DNA of 64,000 bases, from positions 160,001-224,000 of IMG/VR virus record IMGVR_UViG_3300046820_001270. One strand, given 5' to 3'. The position numbers were made by a program, and so were the translations under genes. The notes under the pieces were generated by a model. It saw only the letters and a program-made list of their open reading frames with translations. It had not been told where the DNA came from and did no database searches. The DNA comes from a virus (taxonomy: Duplodnaviria > Caudoviricetes). Positions 56,204 through 64,000 of this stretch are shown piece after piece (the stretch's first letter is position 1; each line of letters opens with the position of its first letter).

Positions 56204-56416
56204 TTATTTTACAGCTTCATTAGATACTGGTTTTTCAGCATCTTCTTTTACTGCACCACCTTCAACAGGGGCAACAGTTGAATCCGCTACCACTGCAGTT
56301 GTGTCTGCAACAGGAGCTACTGTAGAGTCAGTTGTTTGAGTTGCGGTTGACCCAGAACCACATGCTGATAGTGTTAATACAACACCAAGAGCCAAAATAA
56401 ATGTTACTTTTTTCAT
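56204..56416 (-). CDS. Small Thr/Ala/Val-rich lipoprotein (start revised from 56473)
   Basis: MKKV..LSAC lipobox; DSTVA/DTTAV repeats; upstream TTTG-N20-TATATTTA. Confidence 0.75.
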   Translation of the reverse strand: MKKVTFILALGVVLTLSACGSGSTATQTTDSTVAPVADTTAVVADSTVAPVEGGAVKEDAEKPVSNEAVK

Positions 56417-56460
56417 ATATAGTAAATATACGAAAATTAAATTAGAAAACCAAATCCAAT

Positions 56461-56562
56461 AAAAAAACCCCAACGAGATGTCGGGGTTTAAGGTCTTTGG
56501 GTGGGTTCAACCCCACTTACTTTTGAAAAAAACGAAAAGGTAATCGACAAAGAGAACCTATA
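56461..56562 (-). ncRNA. Candidate small RNA B with its own terminator
   Basis: TATTTATA at 56567-56574 (minus strand); TCTTTG/CAAAGA and GTGGG/CCCAC stems; terminator AAACCCCGAC..GTTGGGGTTTTTTT. Confidence 0.5.
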
Positions 56563-56607
56563 GTGATATAAATATATATAACTTTAGTAAAAAGTCAAGT
56601 ATTTACA

Positions 56608-58620
56608 TTATTTTTTTGAGATTATTAAATTTTCGTCCTTATATTTCAAAGTATATTGTACGTTTTCTAAAATTGTACCTTTTAAAATTTCTTCACTTAA
56701 AAAGTCTTCACAAAGATTTTGAATGATACGTTTTAAAGGACGTGCACCATATTCTTCTTGTGAATTCAAATCATAGATTCTATTAATCACAGTTTTATCA
56801 AAATTAATTTTGTAGTTCTTTTCAATTAAACGTTTATTCAATCTATTAACTTCAATATTAATAATTTTCTTTAATGTATCGTTATTCAATGAATTGAATA
56901 AAATAATATCATCAATACGATTTAAAAATTCAGGATTGAATTGTTGTTTCAACGCCTTTTGGATCATTGTCTTTCTAACTTCGTATTGTTGTTCTTCACT
57001 TGATGAGGTTTTAAATCCAACACCACCACCTAAATCAGAAACACGTTTTGCACCAACGTTGGAAGTCATGATAACAATCGTATTTGTAAAATTAATTTTT
57101 CTACCAAATGAATCAGTTAAATGACCTTCATCTAAAATTTGTAATAAAATATTGAATACATCTTTATGTGCCTTTTCAATTTCATCAAATAATACAACAG
57201 AGAATGGGTTATTTTTAATTTTCTCAGTCAACTGACCTCCTTCATCATAACCAACATAACCTGGAGGAGAACCAATTAATTTAGATACATTATGTTTCTC
57301 CATGTATTCACTCATATCAACACGAATAATTTTATCAGGATCACCAAATAAAGTTTCCGCAATTGATTTAGCAAGATATGTTTTACCAACACCTGTCGAT
57401 CCGATAAAGATAAACGAACCAATTGGTTTATTTGCCTCTTTGATACCGACACGATTTCTTCTGATTGCCTTTGAGATGGTTTTAACTGCCTCATCTTGAC
57501 CGATTACTTTAGAAGTTAATGTTTCTTCTAATTGTAATAACTTTTTAGTTTCTTTTGTGTCAAGTTTAGTAATTGGAACTCCTGTCATATCACTAATAAT
57601 GTCATAAACATCGTCTAATGAAACTGGTGTCTTATTATCTTTTTGTTTTTCCGACCATTTTAATTTTTCATCTTCCAGTTTTGTTGTTACTTTTCTTTCT
57701 TCATCACGAAGCTTCGCAGCTTGTTCGTAATTTTGATTTTTTACAACTTGAACTTTCTTTTCTTTAATAGTATCAATTTCCTTTTTTAATTTTTCAATTA
57801 CTTCAGGAATTTTAGATGATACTCTTTTTTCAGAACCTAATTCATCCAACACATCAATTGCCTTATCAGGAAATTGTCTATCAGTAATGTAACGTCCTGA
57901 AAGTTTAACAATTGTTTCTAATACACCTTCTTCATAACTTACTTTGTGGAAGTCTTGATATGATGTTGTTAGATTTTTAAGAATTTCTAATGTTTCTTCT
58001 TCGGTTGGTTCTTGTAAAACTATTTTTTGAAAACGACGAACTAATGCCGCATCTTTTTCAATGTGTTTTTTGAATTCATCAAAAGTTGTTGCACCAATAC
58101 ATTGTAATTCACCACGTGCTAATGCGGGTTTCAAAATATTAGCAGCATCCATCGCACCACTTGCATTACCCGCACCAACCATAGTATGTAATTCATCTAT
58201 GAAGATAATAACGTTTGGGGCTTCTTGTAATTCATTAATAATTGCTTTAATTCTCTCTTCAAATTGACCACGGTATTTTGTACCCGCAACTAAAGATGTT
58301 AAATCTAAAGACATGATACGTTTATCTAAAAGATTTGAAGGGCAATCTCCTTTATGAATCATCAATGCTAATTTTTCTACTAATGCTGATTTACCAACAC
58401 CAGCCTCACCAACAATAACAGCATTGTTTTTCTTTTTACGAGAAAGAATTTGTGCAATTCTTTTTACCTCTTTATCTCTACCAACAACAGGATCAATTTT
58501 ACCCTCTTCAGCCATCTTAATAAGATCACGAGAGAAATTGTCTAAGATTGGTGTGTTTGACCCTTTTCTAACCTTCTTGGGGTTTGTGGTTGGTCCGTCC
58601 TCAAAAAAATCTACTGACAT
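56608..58620 (-). CDS. clpC: ClpC/ClpA-family AAA+ chaperone lacking the N-terminal Clp repeats (start revised from 58656)
   Basis: [16 protein letters not shown] middle domain [33 protein letters not shown]. Confidence 0.9.
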   Translation of the reverse strand: MSVDFFEDGPTTNPKKVRKGSNTPILDNFSRDLIKMAEEGKIDPVVGRDKEVKRIAQILSRKKKNNAVIVGEAGVGKSALVEKLALMIHKGDCPSNLLDKRIMSLDLTSLVAGTKYRGQFEERIKAIINELQEAPNVIIFIDELHTMVGAGNASGAMDAANILKPALARGELQCIGATTFDEFKKHIEKDAALVRRFQKIVLQEPTEEETLEILKNLTTSYQDFHKVSYEEGVLETIVKLSGRYITDRQFPDKAIDVLDELGSEKRVSSKIPEVIEKLKKEIDTIKEKKVQVVKNQNYEQAAKLRDEERKVTTKLEDEKLKWSEKQKDNKTPVSLDDVYDIISDMTGVPITKLDTKETKKLLQLEETLTSKVIGQDEAVKTISKAIRRNRVGIKEANKPIGSFIFIGSTGVGKTYLAKSIAETLFGDPDKIIRVDMSEYMEKHNVSKLIGSPPGYVGYDEGGQLTEKIKNNPFSVVLFDEIEKAHKDVFNILLQILDEGHLTDSFGRKINFTNTIVIMTSNVGAKRVSDLGGGVGFKTSSSEEQQYEVRKTMIQKALKQQFNPEFLNRIDDIILFNSLNNDTLKKIINIEVNRLNKRLIEKNYKINFDKTVINRIYDLNSQEEYGARPLKRIIQNLCEDFLSEEILKGTILENVQYTLKYKDENLIISKK

Positions 58621-58644
58621 AAATAATAAGTTTAGTTTACAGTA

Positions 58645-58676
58645 CAAACATAACATATTCCATACTAAAAACCAAA
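58645..58676 (-). promoter_or_regulatory. Bacteroidota sigma70-type promoter
   Basis: TTTG-N20-TATGTTTG. Confidence 0.8.
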
Positions 58677-58798
58677 TGGTTGTGTATAAATTTATTTTAA
58701 TGACAAGTTGTCAAATAAAATTATAAAACTATGACAAGTTGTCTAAATTTATGTGTTGGCAAATATTTTGATAATTTAAGGGTATAAAACAATTTATT

Positions 58799-59155
58799 AT
58801 GATAACATTATTTAAAGACCCATTTTTTAGAGGAATAGATACGAAGGGATTTCTATCTACTCCTGAAACTAACATCGAAAAAGATGAATTAGGATACACG
58901 GTATCCATAAGCGTTCCTGGTTTAACAAAGGAAGATCTAAAAATTTCCGTTAAAGAAGGTGTACTAAAAATTACCTATCAAAAAGAAGAAGGTGATATTA
59001 CAAGACACTTTATTGGAAGTTTTGTGAAATCCTATAATATTCCAGAAGATGTTAAAGAAAAAGATATCGAAGGTAAAGTGGAAAATGGTGTTCTAACTAT
59101 CTCATTACCAATTGATAAGAAGAAAAGTTTAGAAAGATTAATTTCTTTGAATTAA
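58799..59155 (+). CDS. Hsp20/alpha-crystallin small heat-shock protein
   Basis: VPGLTKEDLKI, FVKSYNIP, ENGVLTISLP. Confidence 0.9.
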   Translation: MITLFKDPFFRGIDTKGFLSTPETNIEKDELGYTVSISVPGLTKEDLKISVKEGVLKITYQKEEGDITRHFIGSFVKSYNIPEDVKEKDIEGKVENGVLTISLPIDKKKSLERLISLN

Positions 59156-59223
59156 AATATTTCCTCTAAAATTTTTTTTTACGGATATATTTGTGTAGAT
59201 TTATAATATAAAATTTATACACC

Positions 59224-59475
59224 ATGTCAGTAAAAAAAGAAAAAATCAACGGTAAGATGATTGAGGTATCAATCAAGTCAACAAGTTTAAACAAAGCAAC
59301 TTACGATGCTTTAAAAGAAAACTTGAGAGTATCTTTTGTAAATGGAGGCATTTACGAATATCAAGGGGTACCTTCTAAAACTTTTACACAGTTTAGATTG
59401 GCTAAATCACAAGGTAAGTTCTTAAACGAAAGTATCGCTAAGACTTACAAATACAAAAAAGTTAGAACTATCTAA
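59224..59475 (+). CDS. KTSC-domain protein
   Basis: STSL..ATYD...LRVSF.NG.IYEY.GVP...F..A.SQGKF. Confidence 0.88.
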   Translation: MSVKKEKINGKMIEVSIKSTSLNKATYDALKENLRVSFVNGGIYEYQGVPSKTFTQFRLAKSQGKFLNESIAKTYKYKKVRTI

Positions 59476-59482
59476 TTAAACT

Positions 59483-59512
59483 TAAACCCCTCTAAATGAG
59501 GGGTTTATTTTT
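59483..59512 (+). terminator. Intrinsic terminator
   Basis: TAAACCCCTC-TAAAT-GAGGGGTTTA followed by Ts. Confidence 0.75.
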
Positions 59513-59548
59513 TGGTATTTATTAACTATAATATATAAACAATATAAT

Positions 59549-59794
59549 ATGGGAATAATATCAGAAAAAATTGATGGTAAACTTATTACTGTCGTTGTCC
59601 AATCATCCAATCTTAAAGAAGCTACTTACAATACCGAAACAGAAGATTTGACCGTTATATTCAATAACGGAAGTATTTATGAGTATAATAAAGTTCCTTG
59701 GTCTAAGTTCACCAAATTTAGGTTAGCCGAATCTCAAGGAAAACACTTTAACGAAAACATCGCTAAAGCACATAAGTACACAAAAAAAGGATGA
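59549..59794 (+). CDS. KTSC-domain protein (second copy)
   Basis: SSNL..ATYN...L.VIFNNGSIYEY..VP...AESQGKHF. Confidence 0.88.
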   Translation: MGIISEKIDGKLITVVVQSSNLKEATYNTETEDLTVIFNNGSIYEYNKVPWSKFTKFRLAESQGKHFNENIAKAHKYTKKG

Positions 59795-60543
59795 GTTTAT
59801 TTGAAGAACTTATTGAGGGTAAAAAGAAAGACAAACAAATTGTAAAATCTTTCGAGACAAAAGAAACTTTATCTAATCAAATTTTTGAGGAGAAGAAGGG
59901 TCATTTTGTTATGCGTGATGAAATTAAAAAAAGACTTCTTGAGGTATCTAATAATTTTATTGAGAGTTTGGGAGTTGAATTTTTTATTCATGACATCGTT
60001 CTTACAGGTTCATTGGCGAATTATAATTGGTCTCAATATTCAGATGTTGATTTACATATCCTTATCGATTTTGAAGAATCCAAGTATGAAATGGATATTT
60101 TAAAGGAGTTTTTTGATGCGAAGAAAAACGTATGGAATGAAAAACATGACATTAAAATAAAGGGTTATGACGTTGAAGTTTACGTACAGGACGTAAACGA
60201 GGAACATATTTCATCAGGTGTATATTCAATACTACATAATAAATGGGAAATTGAACCTGAAAAAGATAATCCAAATATTGACGATAGAAAGATATTGGAA
60301 AAGGGAGAAGAGTTTGGTAAAAAAATAGATCATTTATTACAAAACCCTAAAGAGATTACAATTGACCAACTTGAGGATCTTAGAAAGAAGATAAAAGAGT
60401 TTAGACAGAGTGGTTTAGAATCTGGAGGGGAGTATTCTTATGAAAACCTTACGTTCAAATTATTGAGAAGAAACGGATATATCCAAAAACTTTTAAAACT
60501 AAAAACACAACTGACGGATAAGAAATTGTCCATAACACAATAA
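59791..60543 (+). CDS. Pol-beta-superfamily nucleotidyltransferase
   Basis: LTGSLANYNWSQYSDVDLH, DVEVYVQD. Confidence 0.8.
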   Translation: MSLFEELIEGKKKDKQIVKSFETKETLSNQIFEEKKGHFVMRDEIKKRLLEVSNNFIESLGVEFFIHDIVLTGSLANYNWSQYSDVDLHILIDFEESKYEMDILKEFFDAKKNVWNEKHDIKIKGYDVEVYVQDVNEEHISSGVYSILHNKWEIEPEKDNPNIDDRKILEKGEEFGKKIDHLLQNPKEITIDQLEDLRKKIKEFRQSGLESGGEYSYENLTFKLLRRNGYIQKLLKLKTQLTDKKLSITQ

Positions 60544-60614
60544 TTATACCTAATTTTTCTATATATCTATGTATTTATAGGATAAGAATAAGTATATCTT
60601 AACAAATTTAAAAA

Positions 60615-61592
60615 ATGGGAGATTTAAAACCACTAGGAAGTGAAAAATTAAACGGGAATGACAAGTTAAAAAGAATTCTCGAATTAACATACTTCAACAG
60701 CAATAAAAATAATAGTCGTTCTTCGAGTAAACCCGAATTAGTGAAAGAATCTAAAAACGGGGGTGTATATGGTGTCGTTAAAGAAAAAGACGGTTACTAT
60801 GTAAAGAGAGGATTAAATGAATCATCACTAGATTATATCGGTGGAATGTTCATGAAGAACAAGAATAAGTTCTCTTCGTATGCCGAAGCGTTCAAACGAC
60901 TTGAGTTGTTGCAAGGACAAGAGGAATTACAGGAAGCGACAAAATATGTGTTAAAGCAAAACAAACCTCAACAAGAGGCTCCAATGCCAGAACCACAAAT
61001 GGATTTACCTCCAGCACCTGCGGCTGACGCATCAGGTGATGTTCCTCCTGCTTCTCCTGAAGGTGGTGAAGCTCCAATGGATGCTCCAACAGACGCTCCT
61101 CCTGCTGAAGGTGGTGATGACGCTGAAGATGAAAGTAAAAGATCGTCTTACATGGCTGAAGCTCAAAAATATGCTGGTAAATTAGGTCAAGAATTACGTG
61201 ATTTACATGATAGAATGGAAAGTGATGATATCAAATACATTTTAAACATGATCATATCTGCGGTTGATTTAGATAAATTATCTGATGAAGATATTGAAGA
61301 AATAGGTAAGAAATTTGAAAGAGAGGAAGAAGAAGGTGGAATGGGTTCTGAAGAACCAATGGGTGATGAACCATCTCCTGAAGAAGCTCCTTCTGATATG
61401 AATGAATATGATTCAATAGAGGCATTAGATGAGTTTGTTAACACTCCTATGGATACTGACGAAGTAAATTTGAGTAAGTATTCAATTAAAGAAGAAGGTG
61501 AAATAGGTGGTGAAGAAGATGATATTCAAGAATTAGATTTAGATGAAATAAAGACGGCGATTGGTGATACATTAAGCAAATATTTTAAATAA
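60615..61592 (+). CDS. Acidic Pro-rich protein, possibly head scaffold/core
   Basis: Many [LIM]xE motifs; very acidic C-terminal half. Confidence 0.55.
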   Translation: MGDLKPLGSEKLNGNDKLKRILELTYFNSNKNNSRSSSKPELVKESKNGGVYGVVKEKDGYYVKRGLNESSLDYIGGMFMKNKNKFSSYAEAFKRLELLQGQEELQEATKYVLKQNKPQQEAPMPEPQMDLPPAPAADASGDVPPASPEGGEAPMDAPTDAPPAEGGDDAEDESKRSSYMAEAQKYAGKLGQELRDLHDRMESDDIKYILNMIISAVDLDKLSDEDIEEIGKKFEREEEEGGMGSEEPMGDEPSPEEAPSDMNEYDSIEALDEFVNTPMDTDEVNLSKYSIKEEGEIGGEEDDIQELDLDEIKTAIGDTLSKYFK

Positions 61593-61595
61593 AAA

Positions 61596-61997
61596 ATGCA
61601 TCTAATATATGTCAATGAAATCGGGTCAGATTACAAAGGTCAAAAACAATACGAATTCGTATTCAGTCAGACCACTGAGATTGATATGGGTGACTGGTTC
61701 GTTATTCCTGCTTCGGCTTGCCAACGATCTAAATCGCCTGACATCGAATATGTTGATGTAGTTGGTTTATTAAAAGATACAGATTTACAATTAGAATTAG
61801 TTCAAGACTCCGATCATTTCGGAGTTATTGATGCTGTAGATGGTGTAATTTCAATGGCTTGGGAAAAGTTTGATTTTGAAAATACAGAACAAAGATTGAC
61901 ATTTAAATTTGGTGAACCAATAGAGAATGTAACAAAGAAATTAAAATCAAGAGGGTTTATCCTCTTAAAAGAAGAAATAAAATTCAAGGAATCATGA
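61596..61997 (+). CDS. Hypothetical protein
   Basis: Coupled ORF. Confidence 0.7.
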   Translation: MHLIYVNEIGSDYKGQKQYEFVFSQTTEIDMGDWFVIPASACQRSKSPDIEYVDVVGLLKDTDLQLELVQDSDHFGVIDAVDGVISMAWEKFDFENTEQRLTFKFGEPIENVTKKLKSRGFILLKEEIKFKES

Positions 61998-63631
61998 AAA
62001 GAACAGAATTAATCGGAAGACTTTTAAAAGAAGGGTTTTCAGAAAAAACATTAGTAAACTTTAGCGATAACCAATTAAAACAATTGGCTTCAAGAATATT
62101 ATCTGAAGAAGATTTGATGGTGTCTAAAAAAGATCCTCAATATCAACAAAAAGTAGCTGACGCTAAAAAACAAAATAAAACTATTGAAGCTTACGAAGAA
62201 CTTAAGGGAAACCAAAAAGTATTAGATAAGAATGACAATGGTAAAATTGATTCCGATGATTTTGCTATTTTAAATAAAGAAAAGAAAGGTGAAGTTAAAG
62301 AAGGTATATTCGGTGGAAAACACAAAAAAGTTAGTACCATCAAACATGACGGACATGAAATAGATGTTTTTTCAAAAGACGATAAAAAGGTATACGGACA
62401 TCCAAGAAAAGAAGGTTCAAAAAATCAAAACGATAAAGAACGTTTAGTATATAATGATTTAGAAAGTTTGAAAAAATCTGTGAGTTCTATGGGTAAAGGA
62501 GAAAAGAATGTAAATTTCCCAAAATCTAAAAAAATTAGTAATCCTGATTATAAATCAACAGTTGTAGATATTAACGAAGTTGATATGGGATTAACCATAA
62601 AAGGTTCAAAATCAAGTAGTTCATCTGTATTTGGTGGAGTACCTAAAAAATCAAGTTCTCCTAAAAAGAAACCTACACCTAAGAAAAAAGAAATGGGAGA
62701 AGAAGGTGAAGTGGATGAATCTTTACATGGTATTATGATTGGAGCAACTAAAGAAAAATTAAAGAAAGATTTAGGTAGAGATCCTAAAGATCATGAAGTG
62801 GAAAAAGAACTTGAAAAATTTGTTGATAGTTGGAAAAAAGATAACGAGTCGAAAGAAAAAAAGGGAAAAAATCCCTATAATCCAGGGAAACCACCTAGTC
62901 CAGATTTTAATGGTTATAATAAGAGAAAAGAAAAGAAAGAAGGTGAAGTAGAAGAGGGTGATTATCACAATGAAAGAAGTGAAAAGGCATTAGAGAAATC
63001 AAAAGAAGATTTCCCACAACTTAAAAACGTTAAAAAATGTAAAGAGTGTGGAAAGGTAGAGTCTAAGTGTAAGTGTGAAAAAGAAGAAGAAGTGGATGAG
63101 TTATTACGTTTTTATGATGATGACGGAAACCCAATAAAAAATAAAAAAGGTGAACAAGACGCGGTTTCTACAAAGGATAAAAACTTTAAAAAGAAAACCA
63201 AAAGTAAGAAATGTTCAGATTGTGGGGAAGATACAAAAGATTGTAAATGTGATCACAGTCATTTAGATGAAAATAAAACAATAAAAAATTGGGTTAAAAG
63301 TTTGGTAGAAAACAAAGAATTTCATAGCTTTACGTCTAAAAACGAAATTATGGAACTTATCCAAACTAAACTTACTGAGTCTGAAACAATGACACACGAA
63401 TTTGGTCCTAAAGTTAAAAAAGGACATAACGGTATTCCTGAGTTTATGACTTATGACGCGATTACAAGTGCAGAACCAAAAACAGCACCAAGTAAACCAG
63501 AACCATCAACTAAACCTGGAACAAGACCAACACCAACAAGAAGAGAAGACCCAAGAAAAACTCCTTTTCAACCTGGACCAGGAACAAACCCTAAACCAAA
63601 GGCTAAAATAGCTGAGGAGAAAAAAAAGTAA
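61994..63631 (+). CDS. Lys/Glu-rich low-complexity protein with an EF-hand-like motif and CxxC knuckles
   Basis: LDKNDNGKIDSDDF; CKECG, CSDCG; P/T-rich tail. Confidence 0.7.
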   Translation: MKRTELIGRLLKEGFSEKTLVNFSDNQLKQLASRILSEEDLMVSKKDPQYQQKVADAKKQNKTIEAYEELKGNQKVLDKNDNGKIDSDDFAILNKEKKGEVKEGIFGGKHKKVSTIKHDGHEIDVFSKDDKKVYGHPRKEGSKNQNDKERLVYNDLESLKKSVSSMGKGEKNVNFPKSKKISNPDYKSTVVDINEVDMGLTIKGSKSSSSSVFGGVPKKSSSPKKKPTPKKKEMGEEGEVDESLHGIMIGATKEKLKKDLGRDPKDHEVEKELEKFVDSWKKDNESKEKKGKNPYNPGKPPSPDFNGYNKRKEKKEGEVEEGDYHNERSEKALEKSKEDFPQLKNVKKCKECGKVESKCKCEKEEEVDELLRFYDDDGNPIKNKKGEQDAVSTKDKNFKKKTKSKKCSDCGEDTKDCKCDHSHLDENKTIKNWVKSLVENKEFHSFTSKNEIMELIQTKLTESETMTHEFGPKVKKGHNGIPEFMTYDAITSAEPKTAPSKPEPSTKPGTRPTPTRREDPRKTPFQPGPGTNPKPKAKIAEEKKK

Positions 63632-63637
63632 GTTAAA

Positions 63638-64000
63638 ATGCAATTTTCTAAGAAAAAACTCTTATCTTTAATTCAAGAAAATTTGAATGAAATGCCAATG
63701 GATTTTGATAGTCAGGATAGACCTGACCAAGGAGTACAAGATGACTTAGCTGCGGGAGAAACCCCGTTGAAAAAGATACCTTTCCCACAAACAGGGGATG
63801 AACCTAACAAGAACTTCCAAGAACTATTAGCTTCAGAAAGATATAGACAAGTTGTTGCTAAAATGAGACAATATACCGGTACAAATGCTACTATTAGAGG
63901 TACACAAGGTATGACCCCATTGATGCAACAAATGATGAGTGCTCACAACCAAATCTTACAGTTTGAACAAAACCACAGAGGAGAATTAGAAGCGTTAGCG
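63638..64000 (+). CDS. Leader-bearing protein, 3'-truncated by the window edge
   Basis: MQFSKKKLLSLIQENLNEMP...; frame open to the end. Confidence 0.75.
   Translation, partial: MQFSKKKLLSLIQENLNEMPMDFDSQDRPDQGVQDDLAAGETPLKKIPFPQTGDEPNKNFQELLASERYRQVVAKMRQYTGTNATIRGTQGMTPLMQQMMSAHNQILQFEQNHRGELEALA

Noticed and set aside
59791-60543. NTase as a CCA-adding enzyme for the 11 tRNAs lacking encoded CCA
   Set aside because: No CCA-enzyme-specific motifs or size; host enzyme would suffice
3325-62968. Numerous short ORFs overlapping long genes on the opposite strand or in another frame (e.g. 4379, 6172, 8489, 27576, 52241, 52304, 52589, 58424)
   Set aside because: Shadow ORFs of real genes or of low-complexity repeats; no start context or motifs
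1-64000. Stop-codon reassignment as in some Bacteroidota phages
   Set aside because: Code 11 gives near-complete coding density, TAG and TGA end genes, and no suppressor tRNA is present
1-64000. CRISPR array
   Set aside because: No regularly spaced direct repeats; the repeats seen are coding low-complexity tracts

Overview
AT-rich, gene-dense segment of a large (jumbo-type) dsDNA phage, standard genetic code. The host is almost certainly Bacteroidota: there are TTTG-N19-21-TAnnTTTG promoters, almost no Shine-Dalgarno sites, and Gln follows every SPI signal peptide. From left to right the window holds: (1) 1-30.9 kb, probable virion-cargo and late genes, many sharing an N-terminal leader (MKx[ILV][ST]ExQ..[LI]xE) and an upstream TATTTATA motif, mixed with pirin, GH19 endolysin, a secreted NucA nuclease and a glycosylation cluster; (2) 30.9-39.5 kb, an RNA island with a tmRNA, an ~870-nt GOLLD-like RNA, 12 tRNAs, an HNH endonuclease and several small structured RNAs; (3) 39.6-53.4 kb, an envelope module with CsgG-like proteins, cohesin/dockerin/lectin proteins, beta-barrels and lipoproteins; (4) 53.9-59.8 kb, RNA repair genes (Rnl1, kinase, receiver-type domain), ClpC, Hsp20 and KTSC proteins; (5) probable head genes at the right edge. 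The most novel candidate is a leader peptide plus terminator/antiterminator in front of the tRNA array, whose codons match the tRNAs it would control: a putative tRNA-depletion-sensing attenuator. All domain calls come from motif recognition by eye; no database search or folding program was run.
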